From the NCBI GenBank assembly GCA_020536535.1, contig JAHLWZ010000351.1, positions 19,056 through 83,055 on the forward strand: DNA of 64,000 nucleotides. Reading direction: 5' to 3'. This document shows, piece after piece, positions 53,524 through 64,000 of the stretch; the first letter of the stretch is position 1; each line of letters starts with the position of its first letter. The position numbers and the translations under genes are program-made. This DNA comes from Pelomyxa schiedti (lineage: Eukaryota > Protista > Evosea). The notes beneath the pieces were generated by a model, which was given only the letters and a program-made list of their open reading frames with translations, did no database searches and was not told the origin of the DNA.

Positions 53524-53584
53524 TGCCAAGAGTTGGCCAAGTTGGGAAAACCCACTTGCCAAGTTGGAAAACGCACTTGCCAAC
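53524..53584 (+). repeat. 21-22 bp tandem repeat (GCCAAGTTGG(G)AAAAC(C/G)CACTT x2 plus partials) in the spacer before the second ankyrin-SAM gene
   Basis: Copies at 53536-53557 and 53558-53578, with partial GCCAA units at 53525 and 53579. Confidence 0.55.
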
Positions 53585-53639
53585 GGTTCAACGGGTTTTT
53601 TTTTCCCCCCTTTTAGAAGTTATCCAGTACGAAAAGGAG

Positions 53640-56600
53640 ATGTCAGGAGCTGCGCCGGTCGACGCAGCGGCAACAGAGCTCTGGGAGGCCGCGAGGCTAG
53701 GTTCCCTCTCTAAGGTGCAAGAGATATTAGGCCCCGTCGTCCCACCATCGCCGCCGTCCTTCCGCGCCAGAGGCAACAAAAACGAGGTCGCCGCGACATC
53801 TCAGCAAATCATGGACGCCTACGTACCGGCGTTATGGGACGGCCAACGGGTGGATACGACGGCACTGTACATCGCTTGCCAGGAAGGGAGGGCGGACGTC
53901 GTGGACTTCCTCGTTGCAAAGGGGGCCAATGTGGAGAAAACCAGGACCGACACGGGCGCAACGCCGCTGTACGTGGCCTGCGCCAACGGGTTCGCCGAAA
54001 TCGCCGAGGTGCTGCTCACGAGGGGGAGGGGCGCCGACGCCAACAAGGCCGTGAGCAACACGGGCGCGACCCCGCTGCACGTGGCCAGCCAGAACGGCCA
54101 CGTCGAGGTCGTCAAGGTGCTCGTCACCAAGGGGGGAGGCAGGGCGGCCGTGAACCAGGCGAGGACCGACACGGGCGCGACGCCGCTGCACGTCGCCTGC
54201 TCCAGCGGGCACTGCGACGTCGTGGAGTTCCTCGTGACGCGGGGCGGCGCCGAGGTCGACAGGCCGATGGGACGCACCGGCATGACGCCGCTGCACGTCG
54301 CCTGCGAGAACGGAGGCGCCGAGGTCGTCGACATTCTGCTAAGCAAGGGCCGTGCCGACGCGAACAAGCCAAGGACGGACAACGGCGCGACGCCATTGTG
54401 GGTTGCCAGCCAGAAGGGTCACGTTAGAGTCGTCAACACTCTGTTGACCAAGGGCAACGCCAACGCAAACAGGGCAACCGACAACGGCGAGACCCCATTA
54501 TGGGTGGCCAGCAGGGATGGCCACATCCAAGTGGTCGATATCCTGGTCACTGAGGGCGCAGACGTGAATAAGGCAAGGACTAATGATGTGGGTTCAACAC
54601 CACTCGAAATTGCTGGTTCACAGGGTCGCCAAAGCGTTGTGAACCTGCTGATTTGTTGTGGGGCTTCTATCCCACGCTCTCTGATAGGCGGCACATCTCC
54701 CTTGGTGAAAGCATTCACTGGGACTGCGGCAGTTCCACTACCGTATATAGAGCCTCCAGATGGGGGTTCCAAGGTAAATCATGCAGAAACCCTCTGCAAC
54801 AAAGGCGCACAACCACTGGTCGTGGAGTCAAAACGTTGCCTCTGTTCTATACTGATAGAAAAAGATGCGGGTGCAATTTCTACAGCAATAGTGCATTCAA
54901 TTAAGGGCCACAAGAGTCGACAGGGAAACACCCCGATACTTGTTACAACATTGGTTCGTATTCCTTCCTTCATTGTTATGGTTCTTTTTTTGGCTGCGCT
55001 CTCACTGCGCCCACCAACAGGATTCCGTGTGCGATCTGAGGAACGGGGTGACGAAGAGACCATCCAAGAGGTTCTCGGCGCTCTCTTTTGCATGTCAAAT
55101 CGTCAATGCGTGGTTGGAGGTTTCCCGCAAGGAGTGCAGTGATACAACGAAAACTGCTCTTCACAATTCCACTGAAACTACTGAGATCTCCAAAGGGGTC
55201 ACAGATGCGCAGAGCAAAGCCACTGCCCTCGAAAATGAAATGCAAGGTTGTAAACAAAAAGTGCTGGAAGTCCAGGCATTGCTTGACAACGCCACATTAG
55301 AATTAAAGACCGTCATGACTCATGCGGTATCCTCGGCACGGATGATGTGGTGGTTGGAGAAAGAGAAAGAAGCTGTCAAAAAAGGTCTGGATACTCTTCA
55401 AGCCCAATTGAACATGTTGAATCAAGTGGTGTCAAATAAGACACTGCAAGGGCTGACAGCAGCAGACGTCGCCAACCTTCTCATCCCGGAGTTGCATCTC
55501 TTCAACATCAGCAACACAGACAGCAAGGAGGGGGAGGCTGTTCTGTGTCGGAAAATCTTGACCAATGATATGGATGGTGTGGCATTTCAGGAAATCGACT
55601 TGGCACACTTGCGGGGTCTTGGCCTCACAGATGTGTTGCACATGAAGGCCATTTGTTACCTCGTTGAGAGCGTTCTGAAGTCTGGAACCATTCAGCGGTT
55701 TCAGTACAACAATCAAGCTGACACCATACCTTCGAATCCCATGCTGTGGAGTGAGGCCCAAGTTCGTGAGTGGCTGGGGACTATACATTTTTTCGATGAT
55801 CCAAAGACGAGTCCCAACCTAACAGAATCACGTTTGTTGATGCCTGGCTGGATGTTTGTTCATCTGACAGAAGAGGACATGACGTCTTTTGGGTTGGACC
55901 AAATGGGCCGTCGGATTCGACTTAAAAAGGCAATTAACGAGTTAAAAGTGAAAGCTACTAGTTGCAACAACATTGCATTCCCTGCCGTCAATAGAAACGA
56001 TGCCTACACCGCTGTAGTGCCAAGAGAAAGAAACCCCAAAGAACAGGTGATCCAGGTACTCTTAGACACACCCTGGGAGCATTTGAACCTGAGAGGACTT
56101 TCAAACATTCTCACTACCACTGCCATGGCAGTAGTGGCAGTAGGTAAAACAGAACACCCAGTGGTATCACCGACTAACATTCCGGAAATCTGTTGCTACC
56201 ATTGCACTTCCAGTTCTAGCACTTTCCTGGAGTGCTTCATTAAAAGCATCGTAGACGAAACAGCACAGTTGATTTCTGACAGATGCGGCGATGACACCGT
56301 ACCTAAATGTGCCAGGGACAAGATATTTTCTGGAATGGTTTGTGGTTCCCAGTTTTAACAACACTCACCAAAAAAAAAAAGATGGAAGGGCGATATCTTC
56401 CATCAAGCCACATGTGCCCATCAGGCAACATCATTTTACTGCAACGGGCATTGGAAATCATCTCTAAACACTCTGAAAACCACTTCCCTGATTTCATCAT
56501 CTCTCTCGCTTCAGCCGAAAGATTGAGGCAAACAATGTTGGCTGCCCAAAGCGCAGTGGATTCTGCGAACAGCGAGGCAGCGCAGAAAACGGCGCAGTAC

Positions 56601-58053
56601 AATGCCGCGGTTGTACGGCTGAATTTCCTGCAGAATTCGCTGTTCCAATCTGAAGAGAAGTTACGCACATCAGTGGCACAGTCACGTGCACACAGAGAGT
56701 TTCTCACATGGCTCTACATCGAGAGAGATGATATTAAGAGGGAACTTGATGCCGCAACACGAGATTATGCGACGATCACCTCAGTGTTTGCCAGGAAGAG
56801 TTTTGCAGGTCTGACATCCACGGAGGTGGCCACGCTCGTAATTCCCGAGATGGATCTNNNNNNNNNNNNNNNNNNNNNNNNNNNNNNNNNNNNNNNNNNN
56901 NNNNNNNNNNNNNNNNNNNNNNNNNNNNNNNNNNNNNNNNNNNNNNNNNNNNNNNNNAGAGGGAACTTGATGCCGCAACACGAGATTATGCGACGATCAC
57001 CTCAGTGTTTGCCAGGAAGAGTTTTGCAGGTCTGACATCCACGGAGGTGGCCACGCTCGTAATTCCCGAGATGGATCTCTTCTCCTGGTCACCTGAAACC
57101 ACCCCAGGTTCACAGACGCTCTCTTCTTTCCTTGATTGTTAATAAGGTTCAGACACAGACAAATTGAAGGCTCAACAAGCCAAGTCAGCCAAAGAGAATG
57201 AAGTCTGTGAACTGTTCGAGAGCAACATGATTGACGGTGAGGCCCTTGACCACCTACCCGATGACGAAGCGCTTTTAAGTCAGCTTGGAATCAGGGACTT
57301 CTTCCCACGAAAGGCACTTCGTCACTTCATTCGCCGCCACGTGATTGGATCACCAACAAGCACAGGCACAGGCACAGGCACAAGCACATCAGCATCCACC
57401 CCAAGAACAACCGAAATGACAACAGCCACCGCTGCAGCGCCGCCGTTTTCGGCATCGTCATCGCCACCAGTGGTCAACAGCACAAACGGGGGCACTCAAC
57501 AACCACGGAGCTCCGTGGTTGTTGAGTGGACGCCAGCCCAAGTTGAGGCATGGTTCAAAGGCCAACTAGGGGTCCTTCTCCCACAATATCGCTATCCAGG
57601 ATACGCAGTGGCCACTACTGCGCACACAAAGGGATCAACGACGGCAGCATCCTCATCACGTACCATCGACCACGCCAGGAAGATCATGGTGCCACCGGGA
57701 TGGGCATTTGTGGAACTTGAAGCCAAGGACATTGTGGGGCTGTTCCCACAACTCCCAATCGGTGTTGNNNNNNNNNNNNNNNNNNNNNNNNNNNNNNNNN
57801 NNNNNNNNNNNNNNNNNNNNNNNNNNNNNNNNNNNNNNNNNNNNNNNNNNNNNNNNNNNNNNNNNNNGCATCCTCATCACGTACCATCGACCACGCCAGG
57901 AAGATCATGGTGCCACCGGGATGGGCATTTGTGGAACTTGAAGCCAAGGACATTGTGGGGCTGTTCCCACAACTCCCAATCGGTGTTGGCCTTCGTTGCA
58001 GTGTACTGTTAGTTTTTCAAGTCATCAAAAGCTTGATCAATAGTTCTTTCTGA
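53640..58053 (+). CDS. Ankyrin-repeat / (coiled-coil + SAM-like + SAM-like) x2 protein, copy B; inverted paralogue of 23294-27415
   Basis: ATG 53640. Introns 54954-55020 and 56338-56381 sit at the same protein positions as in copy A. Shared motifs KRPSKRFSALSF, LIPELHLF, AQSRAHREFLTWL, PPGWAFVELEA. Removing the two N gaps plus one 121-bp overlap each restores the frame to TGA 58051-58053. Confidence 0.75.
56737..57078. other. Scaffold gap (100 N, 56858-56957) flanked by an exact 121-bp direct overlap
   Basis: 56737-56857 is identical to 56958-57078. Confidence 0.9.
57647..57988. other. Scaffold gap (100 N, 57768-57867) flanked by an exact 121-bp direct overlap
   Basis: 57647-57767 is identical to 57868-57988. 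Confidence 0.9.
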
Positions 58054-58781
58054 CAAATGTTCCCGATTGCATAGTTTCCGGTACTCCTACAAATACTAAT
58101 CATTGCCTGACCTTTGGTCCAGCCACTTTCGTGAATGATTTCTCTCACAAGCGTGGACCATAACCTGAATGGTTGATGAAAGCAGTATGCGGGAATACTT
58201 GTCTTGAACGCAGGCGTTCTAACAGATGGTGCAGCCGCGGATTCTGCCTTGTTCAAAGGCAGCGAAGCTGTATCTTCCTGGTTCTGCTCGTTAGGTACCT
58301 TATCTTCCACTGCTGGGATATCCTCATGTCCTCCCAGAGTTTCGCTATGCGCACCAATGATCGCACCTTGATTTTGGAGTCTTTTGTCAAAAGCGTACAT
58401 AGTTTTCTCTTGTCGTTGTGTATTCTGACTGATACAACCAAACAACTTTTCCACATTTACCAGATTTGAAAGTTCTGCCAGAGGAAAAAAAGTACTTGTG
58501 GGCTTTTTTTTCCAAACAACAAGCAACCTGATTAGACAATTACCCCGGTCCAACCAAGTGGTGAATTAATTCAGCTTCAGGTGTTATTTTCCATGTAATC
58601 TTGTGTGCATTTTTCTGAAGTATGAAATACCAGGTTGAATGTAATAATCTCTCCGTAGACCCGGGGACTCCTCAATTCCCTCCATCCTCAGCTTTTGAAA
58701 TGCCACTGATAGATGAAAACTTGGAATCCGGCTTCCACGTTCCAGAAGAAGGTACCCAAGCCCAATAACATTATAATACAA
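58017..58781 (-). CDS. Hypothetical protein, convergent with ankyrin-SAM copy B
   Basis: 178-codon ORF 58017-58553 with plausible composition and a possible upstream exon; no family recognised. Confidence 0.3.
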
Positions 58782-59408
58782 TCACCATCAATCAGCCTGT
58801 GGATTACGAAGGTGATTCACTCTTGGCAAAAAAGGGAGTTCTTCAGGTGCTTGCTAGAACGTTGGGACACCAACGTCACCACCTGACTGCACAACTGGCG
58901 CAGGAATTGCACGCTTGCTTTCGTGACTGACACTCACTCCATGGCACCCTCCCCCTGGCTTCTGGGCTCTGCCATACACACTCTGAGAGGACTTCAAAGC
59001 CATCCCCTGATTTGGTAGGTTGTTGTGGTGTATACAAAGCCCAGCGAATATTTACAAGAGCAAGGGTTGTTTCCTTCCTTTCTTTCTTTCATTGAATTTC
59101 TCCCTGAACCTTAGGGTTATGGGTCGTCTAACCTCAGAAAGGATCCCAATGGAGGCAAATACGTTCTGTCTCTTGTTGTTCCTCTGGCTCTTGGAATAGA
59201 GGCGTTTTGTTTTTCGCCTAATGATTTTTTTCCGCGGACCTGGCAGCGGACGATGATGACCGCCGAACAACATCACACAAACACAGCCAGAGACATTTCG
59301 GGGGTGAAACGGCAAATAATGGTGGCGCGTAATCCGTCGGAAAATTTTGAGGGATTACTGTACGGCAAAAAGAACACACAACAGTGAGTCGACGTGAACC
59401 CCTTTGTC

Positions 59409-59699
59409 ATGCAAACGAGGAAAATGGCACGCGAGGAGGCAGCAAAGGCGGCGCAGACGCAGGCGCAGGCACCCCTTCCAAAGCGGCAGTGCCACCGCCG
59501 CCGCCCCGCCGTCCCCAACCCCGTCCCCGTCGCCGTGCTCGCGCAGCAGTCTCCACCGACGCCGACGCCACCTACACCTACGCCTACACCGCCGTCAACA
59601 ACAGCAGCATCGATGCTGCCATCACAATCAGCATCGCCAAAGCCTACCCCGACCCCGACGCCGAAGCCGACCACGACGGCGAGCACAGCAACCACATCG

Positions 59700-59735
<36 letters not shown>

Positions 59736-61530
59736 ACAACAACAACAGCAGCAGCAGCAGCAGCAACGTCGTCGTCGACTGGAGCTGGTGGTGATGGGGG
59801 ATCCTCTGCAATGAAGGATGGTGGTGGTGGTGGTGGTGGTGGTGGGGATGTGGATGGGGCAGTGATTCCAGTGGAGGAAGGAGGGGACGCTGGCATAGCG
59901 ATCGACAAAGGTGGGGATTACACATCTGACGGTGGGGATCATGGCNNNNNNNNNNNNNNNNNNNNNNNNNNNNNNNNNNNNNNNNNNNNNNNNNNNNNNN
60001 NNNNNNNNNNNNNNNNNNNNNNNNNNNNNNNNNNNNNNNNNNNNNTGGTGGTGGTGGTGGTGGTGGGGATGTGGATGGGGCAGTGATTCCAGTGGAGGAA
60101 GGAGGGGACGCTGGCATAGCGATCGACAAAGGTGGGGATTACACATCTGACGGTGGGGATCATGGCGCCACGGTCAGTGCGAGGTCAAAGTACATAGAAG
60201 AAGCTGTGACAGGTTATTCCTGCCTCTGTGGCTGCAAAAAGAAAAATCCACATAAAAAGTGCTGCAGAGCCTCCAGGAAGGCCCGCGAGTTGGCTGGCTC
60301 CGCTTTTGACGAGAAAGCCGAGAACACGAAACTGAACCGTAAGTTGCAGTCTTCTGTCAAGGAAAGAGATAGTCTCAGGACTGAACTTGGAAAAGCGCGC
60401 GAGCAGGCAAGCGCAAAGAACCTCTGCATCAGTAAGCTTCAAGAGGACCTAGACTCCCTCAGGCGAAACCAACAGGCTTTCCAAGTGCAGCAGGAGCAAA
60501 AATTGGCTCAGATGCAATTGAACAAGGACGAAGTCACTTCCAAGCTAAGAGCCCTGCTGCAAACAAACCAGGAAGAAAGGGACAAAGCAAAGGGTGAGGT
60601 GGAAACCTTGACGCAGCGCGAGGAAGAAGCCCTTGCAAAGGTCAGAACTTTGGAGAAGCAAGTACAACAAGAGGCCCAAGCTGCAGCAGGACTCCTTCAC
60701 AAGATACCCTCGTTTTCCCAAGCGGTAAAGTGGCAATCCAATCATCACCTTTAACCTTGTGAGAGTTGACACTCTTTAACAGAAACAGAATGATGTTTCT
60801 CCTCTGGGTCATCCGTGCGGCGCCATCACCACCGCTCCTGTTGCAACAACATCCGCTTTTGGTTTTGGTCACAGCAGTTTTCCCACCACCGTCAGTCCCA
60901 CTTCCACTTCTGTAATGTCTGCTTCTTCGACTAGTACGACTTCACCTTCACTACCACCACCGCCATCCACCACCAATGCAGCAACTCCTCCTTCGATTGC
61001 ATCGAGCTCCATTCTTCGTCTTGGTGTGGGTCTTCCACCCATCACGCTCAGTGTGTCTTTCCCACCCCACCGGGACAATCACTTTGAAGAGTGGCCAATC
61101 CAGGGCCACCCACACGTCACCTCGTTGGCCTTCCACTACCAGAAATGCGCAAACGGGACCTGTCGCGCATCCTTGAACATGCGTGCGGCATTTGGCGTCT
61201 ACATGAAGTTTGAGGTGTGTAATGTCGTATATAATATGCCTTCTCTCATCTTATCTTATCTTATGTTACAACAACCCTTCTTTTTTTGAGGGTCATCATC
61301 ATGTATTCACATGCCATTCACCCGTCACCTAATATCATAAAAAGGTACATGTTCGCAATGGCACACAGCCCGGTGGGAACCTCCAGCCTGCAGGACAAGG
61401 GAATTCAGAAGAGAATGGCGAACCACAGCCACTGCATGCCCGGGAAAAGAACCCAGAGCCGGCCCTTTGGGCACAACACAGACGACCAGCCGCTTGTGTC
61501 TGGGTGTTTGAAGTCAAGCAGCTTCCATGA
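59409..61530 (+). CDS. Low-complexity (Pro/Thr/Ala/Gly) + Cys/Lys motif + coiled-coil protein with an unassigned C-terminal domain
   Basis: Collapsing the gap joins ORF 59394-60086 to ORF 60071-60754 (DGGDHG|ATVS). CLCGCKKKNPHKKCC motif and a heptad-rich region follow. Putative introns after ~60726 and ~61213 extend the frame to TGA ~61530. Confidence 0.45.
59698..59845 (+). repeat. Coding microsatellites (CAG/CAA)n and (GGT)n
   Basis: CAGCAGCAACAGCAAC... at ~59700-59767 and a GGT run at ~59819-59845. Confidence 0.9.
59825..60166. other. Scaffold gap (100 N, 59946-60045) flanked by an exact 121-bp direct overlap
   Basis: 59825-59945 is identical to 60046-60166. Confidence 0.9.
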
Positions 61531-61884
61531 GGCAGGCACACCATCCACACCCACCCACCCCAAAGAAGACCACAACACAACACAACAAACACATGCAAAC
61601 AAACAAACAAACAAGCAAGCAAGCAATCACAATGAGAATGGGAATGTAAATAGTGACTGAAGGAATTTCCTTTGTTTTTTTCCCCGTTTTGTTTTGAGTG
61701 GTTTGGAAACAGAACAACAGCGCTTGTGGTGGCCAGTCATGACAAGTTGTCGTTGGGGTGTTTAATTATGTTGTTTGTAAGCAACAGGTTCTGAACGTAC
61801 GTTTCAAGGCGGTGTCTGTGATAGTAACGATAGTAAAGTAAGTAAGAGCATGTGATGAGTAAGTAGCTAATACCACAAGAAATA

Positions 61885-62700
61885 AATCCCTTGATTATTG
61901 AGCTGCCAGCACAACCATTGGTGGGGCATGCGGTACAACAAAAGTAGAGAGAGACACTTTGCCGGGAGCTTCAACTCAGGGAATGTTTGTTGTCTGGATT
62001 CAATGACTGAAGAAGGGTGGTGGCACTTCACAAGTAAATACATCATCCATTATTGCCGCGAAGTTCTTGGAATTAATGTTACAATTAAAATCATTTGGGA
62101 ATCTCAAAGTAATTTCCTGTATGGGTAATTAATTGATCATTTGCGCGAGTGAAAGGAATACCAGGGAATATTGATTACTGCATGGACGATATTTGACATT
62201 GTAACAGCACGTGTGAGAAGGCCAATACCCATTGGGATAGCTCTCCAGTCAATGGATTATTATTATATTATCCCACCATTCTGTTTTGAAGCTAGTTTAG
62301 ATGATGATATGAGATTTTGGAGAAACAAACTAGAAAGCTTGGAAAAAAGGTGAAGCTGCTCGCAGGTAAGGATCCAACCAAATTGTTTTGTTTGTAGGCG
62401 AGGTTCCAGGCAGATAAAGATTAATGGATTCTTCTTCCTTGTGCCACAGATACTACTTGCACTTGAAATGCGACCCACTCCCTGATGTATCACGGTCAAT
62501 AGGATTTTGCAATCCACTGGCATGGTTGATCAATTAGCCAACTGGTTTGGCATGCTCCCAATTTGCCCCGCCAGTGGAGAGATAGAGAGGTTTTAGCCTG
62601 TTTACATGTCAAAAAAGTAAACGTTCAACTTCAATTTGCATACACTACGTAAATGAAGTGGTAATTGCAGCAGTGCCATAGTTGTTGGGTGGCAAGGCTT
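61885..62700 (-). pseudogene. Decayed inverted copy of the LRR region (~8570-9810) of the giant receptor gene
   Basis: Reverse-complement matches: 62362-62387 = 8898-8923 (26/26 nt), 62019-62038 = 9700-9719, 62084-62101 = 9611-9628, near-match 62517-62578 to ~8703-8760. Frameshifting indels, retained intron sequence, and a deletion of ~9081-9491. Confidence 0.8.
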
Positions 62701-63519
62701 TCTGTAGTAAATCGGTTTCTCATACCCAGGTGAAAGTTCCCTGGTGTGCTCTAAGATTAAGACAAAAGACAACAACTAAGAAACTACCTTTTTCCCACAA
62801 TCACCTCCGGGATTCATGGTGGCAACAACACAATTTGGAAAGCAGGGTTCGCATACAACTCGTCATAGAATGCTGCATTCTATAGTACCCACTTGATGAG
62901 GGCAACAAAGTTCTTAGAGAAAAGGTTCCTTTTTTCTGCCAATACTCAACAGTCTTGAAGGTTCCGGTAGTTATTGTTCAATCCGCTTTCTGGAACTGCG
63001 TCCTCTGTGCTCTTTGAGCCACTTAAAAAAAAAAAAAGAAAAGAAAAATAATACCTGCAAGGCAAGGGATATTTCATTGAGAAGCAGGCACTCCCATCTT
63101 TCATTACTTTACAAGGGGTCCATCACACCACTCAAAGAGGGTGTTGTACTTTGTATGCAAATCAAATTATTTTCACTGATGTCGAGATGAACAGTTATAC
63201 CGAGAGAAGAACACTATTGAAGAAAACCTTAGAAAGATCACTCATTCTTTCGGCCCACACTTGACACGCTGTAGTTTTGGCACTTGCTGTAACTAACACC
63301 CACTACAAGTAGCACACAGGTTCCTTTTAACCCAACCCCATTCTTAGATAGCATATAATTTATTTTAAATTAATAATACACTGTGGCTCACCTTTGTGGG
63401 ACAAGCACTTTTCCAATAAAGTAAACAAACAGTGGCTGCATAATCCCCAGCAGGAACATCGACACCCCGAACGTGGTGGGTTAAGGTTAGTGACCCCAGA
63501 GGAAGTTGAAGAAGTATGA

Positions 63520-63852
63520 ACAGAATTACCGAATTGGAAGCATTAGCTGTTGTTTGTGGATTTGTTCGATTCAAGAATACCTGGAAAATAACCCCTGGAT
63601 ACTTTATTGTGACCATGCAGCATTGGTAAGGATAAATGATACATGTCCGCCTAACAGTAGAGTACGGAGATGGTACATAGATTTATGAATACTGTACACA
63701 GCAATCTACGAAGAGCTCTGAAGAAAACAGGTGAACGCAGTACTAATTGGGATAAGTTAATACCTGCAATTGTTTATGCACACAATACAGCACCGAATAC
63801 AACTACTGGTCTAACACCTTATTCTATGGTATTCAGAATGGATACAGGATAA
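63520..63852 (+). mobile_element. Degenerate Ty3/Gypsy LTR-retrotransposon pol remnant (RNase H fragment joined to integrase fragment)
   Basis: RITELEALAVVCGFVRF, a one-base frameshift, then EYLENNPWILYCDHAALV..NSRVRRW (RNase H-like). Directly after: RFMNTVHSNLRRAL..WDKLIPAIVYAHNTAPNTTTGLTPYSMVF (integrase core C-terminal half). Confidence 0.75.
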
Positions 63853-64000
63853 TAGAATGGTGTGGGAGCACAATTGGTTAGAATCTGCCAGAGGGCAGGT
63901 CTCAGAGAAACCGTATGAGGCACATATTGGGTTGTAATTACAACAACCTCTCTCTGTGTCATGTGAGCCAGCACCAGAGGAGACAGCACCACAACTGGGT

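Noticed and set aside
59404-60146. PolyQ, polyC and polyL ORFs
   Set aside because: Alternative frames and strands of the same CAG/CAA microsatellite; the Thr/Ala frame is the one continuous with the downstream coiled coil.
56737-60166. Three short tandem duplications as biological events
   Set aside because: Identical 121-bp length, perfect identity and placement around 100-N gaps indicate assembly overlaps.
62700-63450. Possible continuation of the receptor pseudogene or an LTR
   Set aside because: I could not find convincing colinear matches to 6100-8570 or terminal repeat hallmarks by eye.

Overview
This is a gene-dense eukaryotic window: standard genetic code, many 40-70 nt GT-AG introns and very short intergenic spacers. 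Gene content (ROCO kinase, helicase-fused RdRP, integrin-beta-like protein, many ankyrin/Sel1/EGF repeats) suggests a free-living amoebozoan-type protist; that is inference and cannot be confirmed from the sequence. Left to right: an integrin-beta-like gene (PSI + betaI/VWA + ~30 Cys-rich repeats, runs off the left edge) head-to-head with a giant LamG/LRR/IPT/EGF type-I membrane protein; an LRR-Roc-COR-kinase with a degenerate GTPase; an ankyrin-(coiled-coil-SAM-SAM)x2 gene; a BNR/Asp-box sialidase-like gene; a large gene fusing a Dicer/RIG-I-type DExD/H helicase, an RdRP with intact DLDGD and a Cid1/TRF-type nucleotidyltransferase (the standout finding); a hypothetical gene; EXO1 with ACG at the canonical start position; an ABCC transporter; a RING/TRAF-Zn/Sel1 protein; an ARM-like protein; an inverted paralogue of the ankyrin-SAM gene; a low-complexity coiled-coil gene; an inverted pseudogenic copy of the LRR part of the giant receptor; and a decayed Ty3/Gypsy fragment. 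All three 100-N gaps are flanked by exact 121-bp overlaps and look like assembly artefacts. No rRNA, tRNA or CRISPR array was recognised. Exon boundaries were read by eye and are approximate unless stated.
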